Positions 32,101 to 44,100 of a stretch of DNA of 64,000 nucleotides are shown piece by piece (position 1 is the stretch's first letter; every line of letters begins with the position of its first letter). Location: contig JAPLLR010000046.1 in NCBI GenBank assembly GCA_026387455.1, positions 4,921 to 68,920 on the forward strand, read 5' to 3'. The position numbers were made by a program, and so were the translations under genes. Under the pieces are notes generated by a model. The model saw only the letters and a list, made by a program, of their open reading frames with translations. It was not told where the DNA came from and did not search any database. The stretch comes from Candidatus Omnitrophota bacterium (GTDB taxonomy: Bacteria; Omnitrophota; Gorgyraeia; Gygaellales; Profunditerraquicolaceae).

Positions 32101-35100
32101 GCTACTTTCGCCGCTACGGTAATGCTGGGCAACATCTATGCCGCATCAGCGGTAACGGTTGCCGGTTTACTCGGCGGATTAGCCATAACAGCCCTCTCGG
32201 TAATTGCCTCCTTTAGCATTAATCATATATACTCCTCAAGACTTTATCCGCAAGACGGCCAGGCCAGCATTATAACCACAGGCGTCTACCGTTATTCTCG
32301 GCACCCGCAGCATCTTTGTCTGCAGTTATCCATGCTTGGTTTCTTGGCGATGTTCCCCACAGTTTATACCGCCATTACCGTCATCGCCGTTGTTTCATTA
32401 TTCCATCTTGAATCCAGAAAAGAGGAAGCGAAGTTATTAAATGACTCAAAGCTGGGAGCAGATTATGCCGAGTATCTCAAGAATTCCGGCTTGAAGATGC
32501 TCCCCAGAGATATTGCTAAAAAGATTAGGCCGTATACTTCTTCCGTGGCAGGAGTGGTGACGGCTATTGTTGTAATCGGAGGCTTATTAGCGGCCCCCCT
32601 CCAGGGATCGACCCCCGCTAAAGCCTCCGATACAACGTATACTACAACCAATCCAATCAATAATATAAATTTAACCAAGTATGGCGAGCCTTCCGTGGCA
32701 GGAGTTCGTCGTACAAATGTTGTATCAGAGGGCTCCACAGAAGGCCGTCCCTCCAGGACATTGACCCCTTTTGCCGGAGCCCTCTTTACAACTCAAGGAG
32801 GTGTACTATGTGCCCTATTAATATTAACACTATTAGCATTGACCACATCGTTGATTTTGGCAAGGACCGCACCACTTTCGCAGCAGCCCGTGAACCTGAT
32901 ACGCACCACCTTAGGATCTTCCTTATTTATCAGGATACTGGCAACGTCTACACTCGTAACGGCCGGGCTGATAGCTGGGAGGAGCTTATTGGCGGCAGGC
33001 GTGATACCATACTTGAGCGCGTTCTTGATGCTCGTAGGAACGGTGTTCCTACTTATCGACTTAACGGTTCGCACGAATAAAATAGGATTAACGGTTCGCA
33101 CGAATAACAATAACATAGGAGGTGTAAAATGTGCACAGATTATAACGAATTACAATTCAACCACTTCGTCGTTACAGCCGACGGCACAATCTTTGGAAGT
33201 GCTAGACACGAAGGTCACACCTACAACTTTATTCTCCACGGCAACTATGTCCAGGCCCAACACGGTGAACAATGGATCGATCTGGACACGCCTATCGCAG
33301 AAGTTGTCAGGAGAAGGGCTCAATCAGCCTACGCTATCGCTCCCCGGTACAAGGCCAGCAGGTTCATCTTCGATTAGAACTGCCGGAGCAGTGGTAGCTT
33401 TGGTGTTGGGTGTGATTCTTATTGCCGGCGCGCTGGCAGGCATTCCTCATGGAGTGGCCCCTGTCAGCGCCGCCGTTGCATTGGGGATGTGCAGCCAGGA
33501 AGGAGTTGCTACCGAGGAAGATAGCTTTAGGAATTTAAGGTTAACCCCTGATTACATCCGAAGCGTCCGCTTCGATGAGGAAGAAATAAGAGGGGCGGAT
33601 GAAACTGAACGCCGCATCAATCTTCTTATAAAAGGTATGGGGGACTCTAATTCTCCTTCCGAAATTGGAATAGTAAAGATCCCGGGAAGCCTGAAACGGG
33701 ATAGCTGCCGGGTGTTCAGGTTCAGTAATATAGAAATGACATTTTTTGAGGTCACCAGCCGCTTTGATTCGCAGGAAGGAAGATTCTCTTTGCCGGCGTT
33801 GCCTCAACAGCATGCTTTCCTGATTTCATCAAAATCAAATGATGTCATAGGGCACGGAATCATTAATCGGCCTGTCGGTATTAACGATGAAGTATGGTTC
33901 AGGTATGCTATCCACGGCGGACCTCACAGCAAAATTGGAGCTGATTTCCGGAAAAAAGATTATTATGGGACCAAGGCTTTGGTTTTGATTATGGCGATAT
34001 GTGTAAGCAGCGGTATTTTCAAGGGCCCTGTGAATGCGATTACAACATATTTTGAGAGAGATGAACAGCGCGCTGATCCGGAAGCAGTTCCCGCGGGTAA
34101 GAAATTTATATATGCCAGAGGATGTACTCCTGTTAAGGATAATGATTATTCTCTCTGGCAGTTTAGAATGGATGGTAAAGCCATACCTACCGTAGATGTA
34201 GATGAAAAAGAGCTTGCTAAGCTTGATGGTCGGTCAGCGCAGGAAGACGACTTTGTGGAAGTCAAACTCGGTGACCTGGTGTTTGAGAACGGTCAGCTTT
34301 TCTACCGCCCGAAGGCAAAACCTGAGGATTCAAAGGGCTTGTCCGGTTTTGCGCTTAACTTGAGCCTCTGGCAGTCAGGTTTGATTGTCACTGCAGTTAT
34401 CGTTTTAGTCGCAGCTATAGCCGTAGCCGTAATGGCTAATAGCGTCAGGGGAGATATTTCTTACTTGGATAAGGCTAGAGTTATTCTAGCCAGCCGCTAT
34501 CTGGAAGATTATCAGCGCAGGCAGTTGTTTACGAGAATGGCTAAGGGAGAAATCAGGTTTACCCAGGACACTAGGTTCAGCGACGAAGCGGTGTCCATAT
34601 CAGGAAAGTCATTAAAAGATATTGCCCAGGAAGTATTAAAAGTTATTAATTACTATGAAAATTCGACGCCCTCAGTCAAGGCCAAGGGCACCAATATTCT
34701 GGCCAGACTGTTTTCTTCCCTTGGTTTTATAGTGTTTGTTATTGTGGGTATATATGAATTTGTCTATGCCATGTCTGATTATAACGATGGCAGGGGCAAA
34801 AATTACGCTGCTATGAATAATGTGGATGAACTTAGCTATTCCGTTAGAGATCGTATTTGGGCTTCTCAGGAAGAGTTCATCAGATTATTAGGCGAGGATC
34901 CCAGTAAGGCTGTAAAAGCCGACAAAAAAGAGAAAATCGGCAAGGTAGCTCAGATGTTGGATTTCATGAATGTCCATCGCCAGGCCATCCAGAAATATGC
35001 CGATCAGTATGGAATCGATCCGGAGCTACTTGCCGCGATCCTCTTGACTGAAAGACTGGATATGTTTGAAGGAGATTTCCCGTGGGAGGTTAATACTGAC

Positions 35101-38100
35101 AGATGGAGCGTATTAATCGGCCGCGATGCCTCCGTGGGTATCGGTCAGGTGCGCATGAGCACTGCCCGTTCACTCTTAAAGGCTGCCAAGTATCCTGAGT
35201 TTAAAGGCAGGAAAACCAATGTCTCCAACTGGAATCTTTATAAGATGCTCACTAATGAAGATCCGGAGTTTAATATTATGATAGCGGCTATGGCCTTAGC
35301 AGATGTAAGGGACGGTATTGCCAGGGATATTAAGAGCAGCAGGTTGCCGCAGCTTAATGCCGAGCACTTAAGACTGGAAATGGCTTATCGTTACACTTCT
35401 TCCTTGAAAGGCCCGGTGGGTGCGCCGGTAAGCTTCGCAGAGTATAATAAACAGATAGAGAATAAAGATAAGAAGGCGTACAACAGGTCACAGGCAAATG
35501 AGTATGCTTATTGGGTAAGAGCGAATAGGGATTTAATCCGCGGTTTATCCATCTTTACAAATGCTCCCATAGCCAGAAGCTCGCTGCCGGCATTCAGCAT
35601 CTCAGGGGGATTGGATCTGATAGTGGCATTAGTTCTGGCGGTAGTAATTATCGATGCTATCTCGGCGACTTGGAGATATGTTGATCATAAGTTAGGCGAC
35701 CGCCGCGCAAATGAGAGAAAAGACGGATTGTACGCATCTGATAAATATAGAGAGTTTAAGAATAAGGATAGGCAAGAGAAGTTGAACGAGATCAAGGGGC
35801 AGTTTAGGCGCGTAAGAGAAGTAGCGGTATTATGGATAGGGTTGGCAGTCGTGGTGGCTGGGCTGAAGTGGGGCCTGAATAATTGCCGCAAAGACAATGC
35901 TCCGAGCCTGCGTGAAATTGCAGCTGAAGTTTGCGCTGATGCCCAGACCATTAAGGATGAAGGTAATAAATTTATCCAGTGGGGTAAGGAAAGATTCAAT
36001 GATCCGCGCTCTTTCGGGCAGCAGGCTAATTATGCTGCCAGAGAGTTTGGCCGGGATCTTGGCAGTGGTTTGAAACAGAATGAATTGCTTATGCAGGGCG
36101 TAAGCGGAAAAATGGACGGCGAGTTTGCCCTGAAGAAGATAGAGGAAATCAGGGAGGAAAACAGAAAGCAAACCACCAACTCCCTGCCGGCAATCAGCAT
36201 CATCGCGCCAGCAGCGATAATTTCCCTGGTTGCCTTAGCAGTGCTGGTTTATGCGATCTATAGGATTTGCCTGGTTAATAGATATTCCCGCGATAGAGTT
36301 ATAGATATGGTTGCTACAAAGCTGGAAGATAAAATAATTGTTGATACCGAGGAATTAGCCGAGACCAGGATCAGTGGATTAAATGACGCAGAAGAGCGCT
36401 TTGTCCGTGCGATAGTATTGGCAGAAGAGGCGCTTAAGGTCAGGGACCATGAGTTAATGGCTGAGGCAGTAGCTGGACTTTTCGTGGAAACAGAAACCGG
36501 CATAGATATTAAGCTGTTGAAGGATTACTTGGGATTAAGAGAAAAATATGAGAATCCGAAGATGTCTCGTGAAGAAAAAAGAAAGACCCAGCTATCTATA
36601 GCCAGGCATGAGGTGAAGCACGTTATTTCCGGCGTTATGGAAACTCCTAGAAATTCACAGCAGAAGCTGCCTTACTTCGCATATTTTTCTCCCTCCAGCT
36701 TTGGCGGCAGCGTCCAGGTTTCTGTTACTTGCGAGAATACCCGGAAAGCGATCCGTAGGCTCCAAGATATAGAAGCAATCGCCGGCCGAGTCTCAAATCG
36801 TCTCAATAAAGAGGGAGTTATAGATTACCAGGGCCTGGATGCTGAGGCTAATTTTGGCCTGAAGGCAAAAGAGGTGCGTTTTGTCATGGCGATAGTTCAG
36901 GCAGAAAGGGCCATGCGTAAGGCCAAGTCTGATTTAATGGCAGATGCCATCGTAACGCTTTTCACCGCTAAGGAAGTTTCCGCGGATGTATACTTCCTTG
37001 AGAGATACCTGTCCTTAAGAAAAGATTACGAACGCAGAAGGCAGGCTGATGAAGAGGAAGGGCGAGGCAAGGCGCATCATGAAGCCAGGCTGCATATTGT
37101 CAGGTCCGAGCTAAAAGATGTCCTTTCTGCCGTAATCAATATTCGCAAAGAGCAAGGTATTCAGCTGCCCGGATTTGCATACTTCTCACCGGCAGCCTTT
37201 GGCGGCGGAGTTGCAGTTTCCGTCAGCAGCGCAAAAGTAGAACCCATTATCCGTAGAGAGGTTGGCAGCAGGTTTAAAATCGGTGGTACTGAATATAATG
37301 AGGCGGATTCCAGTCGCGGGCATCGCATCGCCGGAGGAAAGGCTTGGAATATTCTGGCGGATTGGGATGTAAACACTGAAGGCGTTTATTTCGAAATGTT
37401 GAAAAGGTTAAGCAGCAAGGGTGTTGATTTAGCGTCCGTCTCAGCTGATGGCCGGGCTGATGTCTTAAGGGAAGTCTTTGATACTATCTTGAATCTTGTC
37501 CCCTTCAATGCAAATTTTGAAGGCCTCAGCAAAATCGGTAAAGTATTCGAGCAAGGCGGAGTCTGCAAGCATCATGGCGTATTAATTGCCATGTTTGTGG
37601 AGCGCATACTTAACAATTATAGCTCTAAATGGAAAGGCGCAATTTACTTTGTTTACGGCCCCAGCCATAATCCCACCCATGCCTGGGCCCTTTATGTGAC
37701 CAGGGCTGGAGATTATTGCGTTTTTGACGTAACACAGAGAAAGATCGTTGGTCTGGATGGGCAATTTAGTTGTAACGATCAAGGCACAAAGGTTCCTTAT
37801 TCTGATGGTGTAGGTATGAATGATATCATCGCACGCACCAACGCAAGATTACGGGAGAGCAAAGAAGAATCAGATAACTATAGCGTTACCGGCTTGCCTA
37901 CATTTGGAGAAGCGATTCGCAGGGATCCCCAGAATCGCAGACCGCCCTCTACTGATGATAGAGAGTTGCCGGCACTTGTCTTCGTAGATACGCAGACATT
38001 AGTTGTAGTAGCTGCGGTGGCGGCAGTGATTATCGGCGCAGCTTACCTTGTTTACCGGGTCTATAACGGTTATATGAATCACAAAGTAGCAGTGGCAAGC

Positions 38101-41100
38101 ATAAATGAGATGGCCAGGCAAGCTAGCCGCGCGCCGAATAATATGTTTAACCGCGCCAATATTGTACGCATATCCGTATTACTTGCCGCAGTTATTCTGT
38201 TAATCTCCGTAGGATTATTCCATTTCGTAATTCTGGCAGCAACCACAGTAGAAGCAGATATCGAAGAAACAAAGTCTAGGATCAAGGCTGAAATATTAAG
38301 GCTTAGCGGTTCTGTATATGACAATGAGAGGTCTAAAGTAATAGCCGAATTCTTTAAAGGTTTGCCGGAGCAAGACCTTGCTCTGGCAGTGGATGTACTT
38401 TTGGAATTATCCGATGATCCTAGTATTGGACAATGCTGCATAAATCACTCTATGACCCTTTCTCTTGCAGAGAGCTGCCGCGTCAGGCCGGAGCTTATGG
38501 AGATAGTGGCTTCGAGAATTGCGAATTTAATAAGTCAGGGCATAGGCAGGAAGGCTATGCTGGTAGAGATCATCAATTTATTTAGTCTGGTATCTTATGA
38601 GAACCGCGTCTTAGGAAAATCAGATTTCTCAGCGATGCTCTTGTGGAAGATGCAGGAATTAGGCATACCTATGCCGAGAATTATGGAATTGTTGGGTGGG
38701 TGTTTCAAGACCTGGCGTGAAGATTTGGAATATGATTATACATGGCCTGAACAATCTCTCGGAGAGAGCATTGGTTTAAATTGCAATGGCGGAGCGGTAA
38801 TATTGAAGTCCATTGATAAGAGCTGGTATTATATTTTTAACACAGACAATGTTTGTATAGGCAGCGCGCTGATTAGCTGCGCTATGCAAAGGAATGCAGC
38901 TTACCTTTATATTAATATATGGACTGGAGCAGGCAAGGGCATAGGGACTGAGATTATGCGCTTTGTCGCCGAAAAGATAAGCAGAGTTGATGGGCCCAGC
39001 GTTATAGGGGTATTTGTCCCGGCGGACAAGGATTATGTAAGATTCTTGCTGCGCTGCGCAAAGCTGGGAGTTATCAATAGAGTTGAGCTTAAAGTCGAAG
39101 ATAGCGCTAAGTATATCAATAGCGTAGGCATGGGCAATTGGAATATGCCGGAACAGTCTTCGGGTTGGCAGGTAATTACGAATGAAGCAGAGATGGATAA
39201 TTTTGGCAAAGGCAGAATATTTGCCAGATGCATTGTAGATGCAAACCAGCCGCAGACTCCTTCCGTGGCAGGAAAGAATGCGGCTACTGACAATAAGGGC
39301 ACGGAGGAACAGAGAAAGGTAAGCTCTTCCGTAGCCCTTGTTACAGACAAGCTTGGGGTGCTGGTAGCGATAGTTGGAGCATCAATTCTATTAGCGTTGT
39401 CAGCGAAATTCTTAGGGCTGGCTTTATTAATCGGCGTTGCAGCGGTAAACAATGATGATGCGAAATACGTGTTGAATATCGAACTCCTCAAGGCAGAGCT
39501 TGTCAATAAGGGGATTCTTCGCGATAAAGATCAACCGCTTAATATTAATCCTGCAGTATTAATTGCTGTTAGCGATTTCTGCTATACCGATGGAGAGTAT
39601 TTGGTAGGAAGAGAATTCCGTAGGCTTGCCAAGGCATTAGGGCTTGTGATGAGGGAGCTGGAGAGAAGAACCGGTAAACCGGCTGCAGAGATCAGTCTTA
39701 GCCAGAGCAGCCTTACCAAAGAAGAAATCGCAAACATCTTAAATGCGGCTAAGGAAGAAGATTATGCGCAAAGAGAGGTAAGCGCGTTCTCCAGAAAGAT
39801 AGAGCTTGGCCAGAGGTTGCTTAAGGGCGGCACTTCTGCCGAGACCATCCTGCAATTCTTAACTGGTAGATTCTTTGGGGCAACCTCAGGGTCCACTAGG
39901 TCTATCAGCGCTACTGAACATAAAGTGAAAGATTTACTCTTTGATATAGATCATACCCAGGAAGGCAAGTCTTTGCGTAAGAAAGAAGAGACAGCCAGAT
40001 TACTGAAAGAGCTTCTCGGCCAGGTGGTGATCGACAATGTCAATATTCCCAAGTTTTTCGCCTTTGATATCGATGACACCTTAACCAAAGCAGACATTAA
40101 ATCCTTTAACGCTATGGTTGAAGTCTTAAAAGAAGACCCATCTGCATTTGTAGGAATAATTACCGGAACAGGCGCTTTTGACCTGAATTATGATTCAGAA
40201 GAAGAGCGCATTGCTGAGAAAGACGCAATATATGACACCAAGATTAAGCCGGCTCTGGTTAAACTTGGCCTGAACCCGGATCGCCTAGATTTTGTTATCT
40301 CTGTTGTTTCTACTCCAAAGCCGAGAAAGCAATGGACTGAGTCGCCTATGGTTAATCCTTGGGTTAGCATTAATGCATACTGGTGTGTAAAGATTAATGA
40401 CGGAAACGGTGGTTTTATCAAACAGTATCCGACAGAAAGCAACTTTAGAGGTATAAATAAGCTCACCGGAGCCAGCAAATTATTCGAATATTTTGCCCAT
40501 AAATTCTCTAACAACGCAACAGTTTCTTGGGAAAGGGCAGCTCAGTTGGCTACTCAGTTCCTGCATAGGTCAGTATTGGTTATGGCGGATGATGATCTTG
40601 AGCATGCGCGTATTCCTGTGATTTGCAAGCCTACCAATAGCAAGGAAAAAGGTATGTTGCAGCAGCTTGGCGCTCATTCGCGCGAAAACGAGATACAGGA
40701 GCCTTTCGGAGTAGGCAGGATTTATATTAATACTAACGTTATCAAGTGCCCCTGGTTAACCATCGAAAAAGCTCCTGAAGAGTTTGTTTTTGATTTTGAA
40801 ATTGATGTCATCCTGGGTCTGACTACATTGCTTGAGCATATGAATGACCCTAAGCGTAACGCGCGTATCTTTAACGTGGAAATCGAAGCCCATCGCGTTA
40901 AACCGGTTAACGGTACTGCTAACGGTAATTCCACAGATCCTCAGGTCGCGACTTACCGCGCTCCCGGCTCAAGGGATAGGGGCGCGCGCAAGGGCTTGCC
41001 CAAGGAGATCAGAAACGCCGAAGAAAAAGATTCCGCGAACATCAGGCAATACTTGCTTGACGATGACGGCGAGGTAGCTAAGCTCATCGCAGGGCGCAAT

Positions 41101-44100
41101 AGCAGCGAATTAACATATTACGGATTCTATAAGAAGCTGGCAGAAGAGATCCTGCCTCAGGGCAAGGTTATCTTTAAGGTTATACCTTCCCAGAATATGG
41201 GCTTCAGGAGAGACGACGGCGATAAGACCTATATCTATGCCGTCGGCACAAAAGGCGATATTACCTATATCTATGTCACTTCTGCTTTATATGAAAAGAT
41301 CAGGGCAAGCACATATTTCAAAGCTGCCCTTTGCGTCCATGAGGTAGGCGAGACTAGAGACGTGTTCAATCACCTGACTGCCATGAAAGAAGAGATCCGC
41401 TTTTCCAGCGATCCGAAAAGCAACTTAAGCGACATGCAGCGTCTTGTATTTGATTCCGAGAATGATAAAGGAAACATGGCTTACCTATTAAGCATTATCC
41501 CGGATCGCCTTGTCCAGAAGGCATATTCTGATATCACCAGCGAGATGATCAGCTATGTAAGCCTGCTTATCGCCAAGCAGGTGCACGAAAGGCCGGTAGA
41601 CGCAGCTGTCATAGAGGAGGATGCTAATATCGCTGATTCTTTGCGTCATAGGCTATTCGATTCCATAAATAAGGCTACCCAGAATATTAGCATCCTTGGG
41701 CAGGGAGGCATATTATCAGAAGAGGTAAGGGGCGCCCTGAAAACTACCGAAGAATCAATCAACATCATTCTTACTTCCATAGAGGATGGAAAATTGAACC
41801 CCATAGCCAAAGACGCAGCGATCAAATTGCTTAAGAAACAGGCCAGGATCCTTAGGGAATTAACAGAAAATATGGCTTATTTGGAAAGATTCGAATCTTT
41901 TAATTCTCTTAAGAAGGATATCGATGAGTTCTACAAGAGGGTAGTTGAGGGGACACCTACGGTGGTAAAGGACCAGGAGCTGATTGACCTGGCTGATTTT
42001 ATGCAAGCCATCCACACTGAGCATTATGGGTATGGCTTTAGGCCGGTTGTTTCTGACCCTGGAATGCCTTTACCTATATTAATTAATGCGCATGACCTGA
42101 TGAGGATCTTTGAAGATCTATTACAGGCAATAGCTAGGAGAGCACATAAATCTAACACGGCAGTAGTATTTGTCACTGAACCCGGATTAATTAAAGTGAT
42201 TTTTAAGAACACCGATGCAGACGTAGTTGCTGTTCAGGCACTGCTGGAGAAGTGGCATGGCAGGGCATATCGTACACAGATAATCGGCACTTTAGGTGAT
42301 ATCGTCTTAGAGTTCCCTAAGGCTTTCAAGCTCTATCAGACTATTTCAAATGAAGTATTGGCTCAACTTGCAAATACAGATTGGGTTGTTTCTGTCTGTC
42401 AGCATAAAGAAAACCATGAGAATTTTATTGTTGATGAAAAGGTAAGTAGGATGACCGTTTACGGCCAGTATCTTTCACATGGCATGTGTCCGCAGTGCGA
42501 AAAGAAGAATCGTCCTGTTGAGTCAGAAGCTCAGGCAGCCGCAGCGAAGGTTCCGTCTGCGCCAACCAAGATCAGAGTTTTGTTTGTGGATGACGAAAAA
42601 GCAATTAGGGATATGATGGCGGGAAGAAATAATATGCCAGGATACCTGGCGATGATAGCTAAAGATAAGACAGTGAATCTTTCTTTTGAAGTGGTGATCG
42701 CGGAAAACGCCCAGAAGGCGCTTAACGCGTTTGTAGATGCCCAAAAGAAAGGACAACCTTTTGACTTAGTGGTCACCGATATGTCCATGCCGAAAAATCC
42801 TGATGAAGAGATCGAAGGCGGACGTGAATTAGCCCAGGCGATTAAGAAGATTGCACCCCAGACTTATATTATTATGGTCAGCGGTCATCACAGCCAGATG
42901 ACAGAGGTGGCCCAAGCTATCAAGGAAAATGTAATCAATAGTTTCTACACCAAGCCATTTATCGGAGAGGCAGTTAAGGAAGCGCTGCTAGGGTTTAAGA
43001 CCGCGCCCAACCTACAGGAAAAAGCACCTGTTAAGCAGGATGTTAGTATACTTGGTTCTGCGGCTGCCAGTGCCACAGCAGCGGCTACAGCAGCGCTGGC
43101 TTTCTACGCAGCAAAGGCAGTGATTATTTCCAGCTTTCATCCTTTCGCCATAGCGTTATTCGGAGTTTTAGCAGCAGTGTGTTTTGTCTCTGCGGCATGG
43201 GCTTATCTTTTTGGTTCGCAGGCTATCAGGCTATGGTTAACCAGGGCCAAGCCTGTACGCGCGCCTCCTGAGGCAAGAGCCAGGTTAGAAGCACAGCTGC
43301 AGGATTTCTTCGGGCCTGATGTCAAGGTGGTTCTGGAATCCGACTGTAAGACTATTGCCTCAAGCGATAAAGATAATAAGACAGTATTTGTTGATATCGA
43401 TTGGCTTTATAGGGTAGCTCCCCGCGCAACTGAACTTACCTCGTTCCAGAAATCTCTCCTCACCCATGAAAAAGCCCACTTAAACGGTGCCACAGAATCA
43501 GAAGCTTATATTGCCCAGGTTCTCGCTTCCCTTGTCCAGGATATTAATAATGCTAAGGGCGTTAAATTATGGGCGCTGTTCCTGGGTGTAGTTACATTAT
43601 GCCTAAGTTATAATAAACTTATTGCCGCATTTCCGATTTTAGCCACAGGCTGGATCGGAGTCCTTCTTATTGGCACAGCACTGGTGTTGTTGGGTGTTAA
43701 CTTTGTGCTTGCAAAATTCACCAAGAGAGGGGCTTCAGCTTTCTTTACCACAGTTGCATTGACTTTCTTCTTTGTCGGTCTTCTATTGGCGGTGGATGTG
43801 TTTAACCCGCTTTACGGAAATATCCTGAAGAGCTGGTTTCCGCAGACATGGTTGGCTTACATTGCTGACATGCGCGGAGCGGCAATAGCGATAGTAGCTT
43901 TTATTTCTCTGATCGTTCTGCCGGCTTTGATCAGGGAATATCAGGATAAGTTGGCCAAAGAGGATATCTATAAATACGATATCAAGGCTTTAAAAGATAA
44001 TCTTCTCAGGTTTATTAACGACGACATCAAGGATGAAAAGGTCAGGCAAAACTATATTGATCAGGTGGAAAGAATTGCTGTAAATAATTCTCGGGCAAAT

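Noticed and set aside
33061-33110. acggttcgcacgaa strings considered as a tRNA T-arm-like sequence.
   Set aside because: No acceptor or anticodon stems can be drawn around them. They are part of the 27-bp coding duplication.
32793-33116. The minus-strand 107-aa ORF overlapping nested ORF A.
   Set aside because: It adds to the observation that three frames are open here, but its sequence (MLLLFVRTVNPILFVRTVKS...) merely mirrors the 27-bp duplication, and I saw no start context. I treat it as a by-product.
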